Shown here piece after piece: positions 25,915-33,047 of a DNA stretch of 50,089 bases. The position numbers and the translations under genes are program-made. The DNA comes from an uncultured Acidimicrobiaceae bacterium (GTDB lineage: Bacteria > Actinomycetota > Acidimicrobiia > Spongiisociales > UBA5794): NCBI GenBank assembly GCA_964579415.1, contig CAZOGW010000005.1:1-50089 (forward strand), in the 5' to 3' direction. Every line of letters starts with the position of its first letter. The stretch's first letter is position 1. Below the pieces are notes generated by a model. The model ran no database searches. It was not told the DNA's origin and saw only the letters and a list, made by a program, of their open reading frames with translations.

Positions 25915-27085
25915 GCGCCTCCGCCGGATCGAGGCGGGCGGCGCGCCAGGCAGGGACGATGCCGGCGAGGCCTCCTACTACCAGCGCCGCCGCCACGCCT
26001 CCGGCCGCGACCTGTGCCGGCACGTCGAAGACCCACCCGTTGGACCGGGCGTAGCCGGCGGTGGCAAGCGCTCCCAACAGGACGCCGATGGCACCCCCGC
26101 ACGCAGCGATGAGCAGCGCCTCCATCACGAACGGGACTGCCACCTGGGGCCGGGTGGCTCCCAGCGCCCGGCGCAGCCCGATCTCGGTACGGCGCTCCAG
26201 CACCGAGATCACCATCACGTTGGCGATGCCGATCCCGGCCACCAGCAACGCCACCGCCCCCAGTGCCGCCAGCAGCGCGGTAAAGGTGGTGTCCACCGCC
26301 TCCCGGGCGGACAGGGCATCGGAGGGTCGGGTCACCTCGACCTCGTTCGGCGCCGCCGGGTTGGCGGTGGCTGCGAGCACGCCCATCACCGCCTCCACCT
26401 GGGCGGGGTTGGTGCGCAGGAACACCACCGACGGCGAGCGCGAGGTGGCGAAGAGCTCTTCTGCAATGTCGTAGCCGATCAATGCCGCGACGTCGAGCTG
26501 TGGGACCAGCGGCGCCGGCTTCAGTACGCCGACGACGGCGAAAGGTCGACCTGCGACCAGCACCGTGGGAGTGCCGTCGAGCGAGTCGATGCCGAGCCGT
26601 GCCGCCGCCCTCGCACCGAGCACCACGCCGGTCAGGGCGCTGTCGCCGGCGGTGAGCCCGCGGCCGGCCGCCGGTTCGACCTGGAGCGTCGTCAACAGGT
26701 CGGGATCGGCGGCATACACGGCGATACCCCCCGTCTCCAGCTCGGAGACGAGCTCGTTGCGCCGCACCGTGGCTTGCACCCCGGTGACGCCCGACGCCCC
26801 CTGCACCGGGCCGATCCGCTCGATCATGGCGGATGCCTCCTCCGGCAGCGTCGAAGCCTCACCGAAGAAGCTGGTGCCTGCGGAGACACGCAGCAGGTTG
26901 GTGCCGAGAGCGTCGAGCTGGGCGATGAGGTCCGCCCGCGACGACGCTCCCACGCCGAGGACGGCGACGATGGCGGTGATGCCGATGGCGATACCTACCG
27001 CGGTCAGGACCGAGCGGAGCTTGCGGATGCGGATGCCCAACGTCCCCACCGTCACCAGGTCGGCGGGCCGCATGCGGTTGCTCAT
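25901..27085 (-). CDS. ABC transporter permease, FtsX/MacB-like
   Basis: An N-terminal TM helix, a large extracytoplasmic domain, and a C-terminal FtsX-type 3-TM bundle (VMVISVLERRTEIGLRRALGA). The ATG at 27085 overlaps the ATPase gene stop. Confidence 0.85.
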   Translation of the reverse strand: MSNRMRPADLVTVGTLGIRIRKLRSVLTAVGIAIGITAIVAVLGVGASSRADLIAQLDALGTNLLRVSAGTSFFGEASTLPEEASAMIERIGPVQGASGVTGVQATVRRNELVSELETGGIAVYAADPDLLTTLQVEPAAGRGLTAGDSALTGVVLGARAAARLGIDSLDGTPTVLVAGRPFAVVGVLKPAPLVPQLDVAALIGYDIAEELFATSRSPSVVFLRTNPAQVEAVMGVLAATANPAAPNEVEVTRPSDALSAREAVDTTFTALLAALGAVALLVAGIGIANVMVISVLERRTEIGLRRALGATRPQVAVPFVMEALLIAACGGAIGVLLGALATAGYARSNGWVFDVPAQVAAGGVAAALVVGGLAGIVPAWRAARLDPAEALRPG

Positions 27086-27777
27086 GAGGCCGCCTCCATG
27101 ATGTCCGGCCCGTCCACGATGCACCCGTCCACAAGGTGTACCCGGCGCCCGGCGCGGGCGGCGAGGGACGGGTCGTGGGTGATGAGCACGATGGTGTGCC
27201 CGGCGCGGTTGAGGCGTTCCAGCAGCGCCATGATCTCCTCGCCGTTGCGCTGGTCGAGATTCCCCGTCGGCTCGTCGGCGAGCACGATGGCCGGGTCCCC
27301 GACGAGGGCGCGGGCGATGGCGACCCGCTGCTTCTCGCCGCCGGAGAGCTGGGTGGCGCGGTGGTGGAGGCGGTGGCCGAGACCCACCTCAACCAGCATC
27401 TCACCGGCTCTCCGCCTCCTCGGGCCGGGGGCGACGCCCCTGTAGAGCAGTCCGGCGGCGACGTTTTCGACGGCGTCGAGCCCGTCGATGAGGTGGAACT
27501 GCTGGAAGACGAACCCGATGTGCCCGCCGCGCAGCGCCGCCAGGCGGCGATCGTCCATCCGGCTCACGTCGGCTCCGGCGATGGTGAGCACACCGGAGCT
27601 GGGACGGTCCAGCGCTCCCATCAGGTTGAGCAGGGTGCTCTTCCCCGACCCGGACGGGCCGACCACGGCGACCATCTCGCCCTCGGCGACGTCGAAGGTG
27701 ACGCCGGCCACCGCCGCCACCGGAGGCGGTCCCGGGTACACCCGGGTGACGTCCGCGAGGGACAGCACCGCGCTCAT
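27082..27777 (-). CDS. ABC transporter ATP-binding protein (MacB/LolD-like)
   Basis: Walker A GPSGSGKST, signature LSGGEKQR, and Walker B ILADEPTGNLD. Confidence 0.9.
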   Translation of the reverse strand: MSAVLSLADVTRVYPGPPPVAAVAGVTFDVAEGEMVAVVGPSGSGKSTLLNLMGALDRPSSGVLTIAGADVSRMDDRRLAALRGGHIGFVFQQFHLIDGLDAVENVAAGLLYRGVAPGPRRRRAGEMLVEVGLGHRLHHRATQLSGGEKQRVAIARALVGDPAIVLADEPTGNLDQRNGEEIMALLERLNRAGHTIVLITHDPSLAARAGRRVHLVDGCIVDGPDIMEAAS

Positions 27778-28802
27778 GCCGCCACCACCACGACGTCGCC
27801 CTCGGCGATATCGCCGGTCACTGCGACCCACCCGTCGGCGCTGGCGCCGGCGTCGACCGCCACCAGGGACGTGGAGCCGTCGGCGGCTACCTTCTCCAGG
27901 GCGAAGCCGCCCTCGGCCAGTGCCAGCAGCGCCGGCACCGGCACCGCCAGGACGCTCTCGGCGGCGCTGCGCACCAGCGCGACCTCCACCGGTGCCCCCT
28001 CCCAGGCGGCACCCTGGCTCAGGGTCACCGTCATCGCCAGCGTCGCGGTGCCGTTGCCGTCCGACTCCACCACATCGCCGACGGAGGCGACCCTGCCGGT
28101 GACGACGCTGTCGTCCGGAAGCTCGACGTCGACCTCGTCGCCCAAGTCCACCAGGTCGCGCAGGCCGGGGTCGAGCCGCACGTCGATCCGCTGCTCGGGG
28201 GAGGTCACCTGGAGCACGGCCTCCGTGGCGGCTGTGCCGGGACGGGTCGTCTCGGCAACCCGCACCGCTCCGTCCACGAACACCACCGCGCCCTGGTCGA
28301 CCCGGCCGGTGTCGTCGACGCCGAGCGAGTCCTGCCAGTCGCGCACCGCACGCCGCGTCGCTGAGCCGAAGTCACCGTCCGGCTCGAACCCGGCGAACCC
28401 GGCCGCCACCAGGTACTCCTGGAGCTGGCGGACGTCGTCTCCCTCCGTCCCGTAGGCCATGGCACGGTGGGCCGGGACGGCGCCCGGCATCACCACCACC
28501 GGTTGCTCGCCGATGCGGTAGGCGACGTCGCCGGGACGCAGCACCGTGCCCGGCACGGGGAGCCACGTCACCACTCCCTGGGCGAGGTTGGGCAGCGGCT
28601 CGGGATCCCCGTAGCCGAGCTCGCCGGAGACCTCCTCCGTCTGCACCAGGTCCCGTCGTTGCACCGTCGTCGTGTGCGGCGGTGGCGCTGCCGCGGTGTC
28701 GGGGTCCGCCCCGGTGGCGCCTCCCGGCCACGCGGCCAAGGCGATGGTGACTCCGGTCACGGTGACGGCGAGGGCGGAGGCGAGGAGCTTCCTTGCCGTC
28801 AC
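27774..28802 (-). CDS. membrane-fusion (HlyD-like) adaptor with an inserted peptidoglycan-binding domain
   Basis: N-terminal anchor, a PG_binding_1-like segment (VRQLQEYLVAAGFAGFEPDGDFGSATRRAVRDWQDSLGVDDTGRVD), then a beta-barrel-like tail that ends in GDIAEGDVVVV. Confidence 0.7.
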   Translation of the reverse strand: MTARKLLASALAVTVTGVTIALAAWPGGATGADPDTAAAPPPHTTTVQRRDLVQTEEVSGELGYGDPEPLPNLAQGVVTWLPVPGTVLRPGDVAYRIGEQPVVVMPGAVPAHRAMAYGTEGDDVRQLQEYLVAAGFAGFEPDGDFGSATRRAVRDWQDSLGVDDTGRVDQGAVVFVDGAVRVAETTRPGTAATEAVLQVTSPEQRIDVRLDPGLRDLVDLGDEVDVELPDDSVVTGRVASVGDVVESDGNGTATLAMTVTLSQGAAWEGAPVEVALVRSAAESVLAVPVPALLALAEGGFALEKVAADGSTSLVAVDAGASADGWVAVTGDIAEGDVVVVAA

Positions 28803-29449
28803 GGTGCCGAGCTCCCGTCGGGTGTGATGGCGAACCCGAAGCTGGGTCCATCGCCGTCCTCGGGCCCCGACTCGAAGACGAAGCCCGGACCGTCGCCATC
28901 GGAGCAGGCCTCCGCGGCTTCCTCGAGCTTCTCCCGGGTGGCGGCGTCGTCACCTTCGAGCAGGGGGCCTTCCACCGTGATCCTGCCGGCGGCGTCGATC
29001 ACCGGGTCGGGCATGTCGACGCCGTGCTCACGCATGCAGCGGGCGTGCTCCAGCATGCGCTCCTGTGCCGCTTCCATCTCCTCGGGCGAGGGCGGCTCCA
29101 TCTCGCCGAAGGCCTCATCCATGATGGGCCGGCACGCCTGCTGGGCTGCTTCCATCTCCTCGGGTTCGACGTCCTCGTCGAGCGTGATGGCGATCCCGCC
29201 GCCATCTGATGACGTCTGAGGGTCAGGCATGTCGATCCCGTGCTCGCGCATGCAGCGGGCGAAGTCGACCAGGGCGTCCCGGCGGGTCTCGGCTTCGTCG
29301 GCCTCGGGCGTGGTGGTCCCGTCACTCCCTGAGGGGGATGTGGTCTCCAGGCTGGCTACGGCGTCATCGGTCGCTCCCGGGTCGGCGCCGCCGCAGGCTG
29401 TCCCCACGACAGCCAGGAGGGCGATTGCAAGTACCGCTGGCGTTCTCAT
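28799..29449 (-). CDS. acidic lipoprotein with an internally duplicated Cys-pair domain
   Basis: Lipobox LLAVVGTAC-G. Two copies of ARCMREHG[IV]DMPDP...EEMEAAQ / EEAAEAC. Confidence 0.65.
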   Translation of the reverse strand: MRTPAVLAIALLAVVGTACGGADPGATDDAVASLETTSPSGSDGTTTPEADEAETRRDALVDFARCMREHGIDMPDPQTSSDGGGIAITLDEDVEPEEMEAAQQACRPIMDEAFGEMEPPSPEEMEAAQERMLEHARCMREHGVDMPDPVIDAAGRITVEGPLLEGDDAATREKLEEAAEACSDGDGPGFVFESGPEDGDGPSFGFAITPDGSSAP

Positions 29450-29496
29450 CAGGTGTACTCCTTCCTCAACGGTGGGGGGCAGGATGTGGGAGCGGC

Positions 29497-29546
29497 GCTG
29501 AGAGGCGTCTGTGCGCGGCTGAGAGCCGGCTGAGACACTCTCAGCC
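29497..29546. promoter_or_regulatory. GCTGAGA direct repeats plus one inverted copy in the divergent promoter region
   Basis: gctgagag at 29497 and 29518, and gctgagac at 29529, give spacings of 21 and 11 nt. The inverted copy tctcagcc lies at 29539..29546. Confidence 0.35.
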
Positions 29547-29578
29547 GCTTATCAGCCGGGCAGTGGCAGCATCTGTCG

Positions 29579-30256
29579 ATGCAGGTGCTGCTGGTGGAAG
29601 ACGAGCCCAACATGGCTGCTGCCGTCGCCCGCGGGCTGACTGCCGAGGGGTTCTCCGTAGATGTCGCCGGCGACGGCCTCGAAGGGCTGTGGCGTGCCCG
29701 GGAGGGCAGCTACGGCGCCATCGTGCTCGACATCCTGCTCCCGGGCATGAACGGATACCAGGTGTGCCGCACGCTGCGGGAGGAGCGCAACTGGACCCCG
29801 ATCCTGATGCTCACCGCCAAGAGCGGGGAGTGGGACGAGGTCGAGGCACTCGACACCGGGGCCGACGACTACCTCACCAAGCCCTTCTCGTTCGATGTGC
29901 TGGTTGCCCGGCTCCGCTCGCTGGTACGCAGGTCGGGAGCCGAGGTGGCAATGGCCTACGGGGCCGGCGACCTCGTCATCGACCCGGCGCGCAAGGAGTG
30001 CCGCCGTGGCGCCGTGCCCATCGATCTCACCTGGAGGGAGTTCTCCCTCCTCGAGGCGCTGATGCGCCGTCCGGGGACCGTGCTGTCCAAGCGCGACCTG
30101 ATCCGCCAGGTGTGGGGCCTTGACTTCGACGGCGACCCCAACGTCGTCGAGGTGTACATCGGCTACCTGCGGCGCAAGGTCGACCGGCCCTTCGGGCGGG
30201 CCGGCATCGAGACGGTGCGCGGCTTCGGCTACCGCTTCCGCCAGGATGGTGGGTGA
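29579..30256 (+). CDS. OmpR-family response regulator
   Basis: Receiver domain (VLLVEDE..., DAIVLDILLPGMNG, LMLTAK) and a winged-helix output domain (REFSLLEALM..., VEVYIGYLRRK..., VRGFGYR). Confidence 0.9.
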   Translation: MQVLLVEDEPNMAAAVARGLTAEGFSVDVAGDGLEGLWRAREGSYGAIVLDILLPGMNGYQVCRTLREERNWTPILMLTAKSGEWDEVEALDTGADDYLTKPFSFDVLVARLRSLVRRSGAEVAMAYGAGDLVIDPARKECRRGAVPIDLTWREFSLLEALMRRPGTVLSKRDLIRQVWGLDFDGDPNVVEVYIGYLRRKVDRPFGRAGIETVRGFGYRFRQDGG

Positions 30257-31655
30257 GGTGCGCCGGCTCGGGTCGGTGCGGATGCGGGTCACGGCGGCGG
30301 CCGCCCTCGTTTCCATGATCGGCCTCATCGGGGCTGCGGCGTGGCTGGTCCGTTCCGTGGAGTCGAGCCTCCTCGGTGGCCTGCGTGACGATGCGGTGCT
30401 CTCGCTGGCCGAGATCCAGAGCCTGCTCGCCTCGGGTTCCCCCGGGGAGCGCATCGAGGTCTCAGCGGCTCCCGGCATGATGTTCAGCGTGTTCGACGCC
30501 CGGGGCGCCCTGGTGGCGGCGAGCGACGGCGGTGGCATCCGATCGGGGGAAGCGGTCGCGCCGCCCATCCGGATCGTCAGCACCCACGGCGAGTCACCCC
30601 CCGCCGGCGGGCTGCTGGTGGCGGGACCGCCGAATGTGGTGTGGATGAGCAGCGACGGCGAGTTCCTCCAGGCGAGAGCCGACCTTCCCATCGGCAACGA
30701 GATGTTCACGATGGCGGCGTCGGCACCTCTGGCCTCGGTGCGAATGAGCCTGGCGGCGCTGCAACGCAGCCTGTGGGTGGCGGTGCCGTTGCTGGTGGCA
30801 GGGATGGCGCTCCTGGCGTGGACGGTGACCGGGCGGGCGCTGCGTCCGGTGGCGTCCATCACGGGCCGGGTCGAGGAGATCACACACACGACGCTCCACG
30901 AAAGGGTGCCGGAACCTTCGTCGCACGATGAGGTGGCCCGCCTGGCGCGCACCATGAACCGGATGCTGGACCGCCTCGAGGATGCCGCCGAACGGCAAAG
31001 GGTGTTCGTGTCGGATGCCTCGCACGAACTGCGCAGCCCCATCGCCGCCATCCGCACCGAGATCGAGGTTGCTCGCCGGGAGCCCCGGGACGCGGACTGG
31101 GAGGCTGTCACCGACGTCGTGCTGGCGGAGGAGGGCAGGCTCGAGGGGATCGTCGACGACCTGCTCGCCCTGGTCCGGGCCGACGAGGGCACCAACTCGC
31201 CCGACGGTAGCGCCGACGTCGCCCTCACCGTCACAGCAGAGACCGAGCGGCCCCGGCGCGTGCCGGTCGCGGCCGATGTCGCTGCCGCCGGGGAGGTGGC
31301 GCTGGCGGTGGAACACCTGCGCCGGGTGGTGGCTCACCTGCTCGACAATGCGACCCGTCACGCCGACACCAGGGTGGTGGTGACGGCGACATCGCAAGGG
31401 GGATGGGTTCGCCTCCACGTCGACGACGACGGTCCCGGCATCCCACCGGAGGACCGGGAGCGTGTGTTCGACCGGTTCACCCGCCTCGACGAGGGCCGCG
31501 CCCGGGACGCCGGTGGCGCCGGCCTGGGTCTCGCCGTCGTCCGCTCCCTGGTGGAAGCCGCCGGCGGCACCGTCGTCGCCGCCGAATCCCCGCTCGGCGG
31601 AGCTCGCATCGAGGTACGTCTCCCTGCGGCTGTCAGCCCCGCAAGAATCGCGTGA
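30246..31655 (+). CDS. sensor histidine kinase
   Basis: Two TM segments, a HAMP-like linker, the H-box FVSDASHELRSPIAAI, an N-box LLDNATRH and G-boxes DDGPGIP / GGAGLGLAVV. The start is uncertain: ATG at 30246 or GTG at 30258. Confidence 0.85.
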   Translation: MVGEVRRLGSVRMRVTAAAALVSMIGLIGAAAWLVRSVESSLLGGLRDDAVLSLAEIQSLLASGSPGERIEVSAAPGMMFSVFDARGALVAASDGGGIRSGEAVAPPIRIVSTHGESPPAGGLLVAGPPNVVWMSSDGEFLQARADLPIGNEMFTMAASAPLASVRMSLAALQRSLWVAVPLLVAGMALLAWTVTGRALRPVASITGRVEEITHTTLHERVPEPSSHDEVARLARTMNRMLDRLEDAAERQRVFVSDASHELRSPIAAIRTEIEVARREPRDADWEAVTDVVLAEEGRLEGIVDDLLALVRADEGTNSPDGSADVALTVTAETERPRRVPVAADVAAAGEVALAVEHLRRVVAHLLDNATRHADTRVVVTATSQGGWVRLHVDDDGPGIPPEDRERVFDRFTRLDEGRARDAGGAGLGLAVVRSLVEAAGGTVVAAESPLGGARIEVRLPAAVSPARIA

Positions 31656-31686
31656 GTGGAGCACGTTCCTCGACCCAGCGCCGTTA

Positions 31687-31704
31687 GATAACTGATCCGT
31701 TATC
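31687..31704. promoter_or_regulatory. inverted repeat GATAAC-N6-GTTATC abutting the XRE gene start
   Basis: An AT-richer patch. ccgtta is also directly repeated, at 31681 and 31697. Confidence 0.3.
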
Positions 31705-32013
31705 ATGTGCCCCATGGATATCGCCAGACGCCTCCGCTACGCACGGCGCCACGCCGGCATGACGCAACGGCAACTGGCGGCCCGCTCGGGTGTCCCGCAA
31801 CCGATGATCGCCCGGATCGAATCGGGGAAGTCGATGCCCCGGGTGGACACGCTGAGCCGCCTGCTGGATGCCTGCGGCTTCACCGAAGACCTGCGCCCGG
31901 CGACCGCAGTTGACCGCACCGCCATCAGGGAGTTGCTCCGGCTGACACCGCGCGAGCGCATTGACCTTGCTGCCGTGGAGGCGAACAACCTCGAAGCCCT
32001 GTTCCGACGATGA
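31705..32013 (+). CDS. XRE-family helix-turn-helix protein (antitoxin-like)
   Basis: LRYARRHAGMTQRQLAARSGVPQPMIARIESGK is a classic Cro/C1 HTH. The gene stop overlaps the next gene's start (ATGA). Confidence 0.8.
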   Translation: MCPMDIARRLRYARRHAGMTQRQLAARSGVPQPMIARIESGKSMPRVDTLSRLLDACGFTEDLRPATAVDRTAIRELLRLTPRERIDLAAVEANNLEALFRR

Positions 32014-32501
32014 GCCTGCCGGCCTTTGATCCTCTCGGTGCTCTGCGGGCCCTCGTTCAGGGAGAGGTGCGCTTCGTCCTCATCGGCGGCCTGGCGGGCC
32101 GGCTCTGGGGGTCTCCGACCGTGACCAACGATCTCGACATCTGCTACTCGCGCCAGCCCGACAACCTGGAGCGACTCGCCACGACCCTGGTGCGCCTGGA
32201 GGCGCGACTGCGTGGAGTGGACGACGTCGTCCCGCTCATCCTTGATGCCCAGACCCTCGCAGCGGGCGACTCGTTCACGTTCGTCACCTCGGCTGGCAAC
32301 CTCGACATCCTTGCCACACCCAGCGGGACACAGGGCTTCGAGGATCTGGTGCTGGCGGCCACCGAGATGGATCTCGGGGATCTGTCCGTTCTCGTCGTCG
32401 ATGTGGAAGACCTCATCCGTATGAAGCGTGCGGCGGCGAGACCCAAGGACCTCATCGAGGTCGAGGTGTTGACGGCACTGCGGGACGAGCTGCCCCGCTG
32501 A
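32010..32501 (+). CDS. minimal nucleotidyltransferase-fold protein (toxin-like partner)
   Basis: NTase signature IGGLAGRLWGSPTVTNDLDI, a third acidic motif NLDIL, and a C-terminal RMKRAAARPKDLIEVEVL tail typical of small NTase partners. Confidence 0.7.
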   Translation: MSLPAFDPLGALRALVQGEVRFVLIGGLAGRLWGSPTVTNDLDICYSRQPDNLERLATTLVRLEARLRGVDDVVPLILDAQTLAAGDSFTFVTSAGNLDILATPSGTQGFEDLVLAATEMDLGDLSVLVVDVEDLIRMKRAAARPKDLIEVEVLTALRDELPR

Positions 32502-32505
32502 CGAT

Positions 32506-32910
32506 TCAGGCGAAGGCGGCGATCACCTGGCCGAAGCGGTGGATGGGGGAGAGGGAGGTTGCGCCGGCGGCACACCTCGTCGGGCGTGGTGAACACGACG
32601 GCGTGCGCAGGCATCCCATACCGAGCCGCCAGCGCCACATAGCCGCGGCGGCGCTCCCGGTCGAGGCCGAGGGTGTCGACGACGGTGAGCAGACCGCGCC
32701 GTAGCCGCTGCCCAGGATGTCGTCGAGAAGGTCGAAGGCGTCCGTGCCGGCTCTCCTGTCGGACTCCGACGCCCCCACCATCGCCCGCAGCCGGTCCGAC
32801 GACACCACCTGGTGCCAGGCGAAGCTCGCCTCCGCCCACGTGCTCTTCCCCGCCGAGGACGCCCCGACGAGCACCACCAGGCACGTCGCGGGCAGCCGGA
32901 TCTCCTCCAT
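32506..32910 (-). pseudogene. frameshifted, 3'-truncated P-loop kinase (AAA_33 / Pnkp kinase-domain-like)
   Basis: Frame a reads MEEIRLPATCLVVLVGASSAGKSTWA...DAFDLLDDIL. The family-typical continuation GQRLRRGLLTVVDTLGLDRERRRGYVALAARYGMPAHAVVFTTPDEVCRRRN lies in a frame offset by one nt. The switch is at the c-run 32711..32713. After CRRRN there is no family-like sequence. Confidence 0.55.
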
Positions 32911-33047
32911 CACGCTGAGGCTAAACCGGGCCTTCGAGTCGCGTCCGGCTCCCTTCTCGCCACCCACGTCCGGCACCTACGGGCTCCGCCGGGATGCGGG
33001 GCCAGGGGGACGGGCCGTATGCTCGACAGCGGAGAAGGGAGGGCTGT

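Noticed and set aside
32144-32884. A 246-aa minus-strand ORF spanning the kinase remnant and the NTase gene.
   Set aside because: Only its central segment (LRRGLLTVVDTLGL...CRRRN) is family-like, and that is explained as the shifted frame of the kinase pseudogene. The rest is antisense to the NTase gene.
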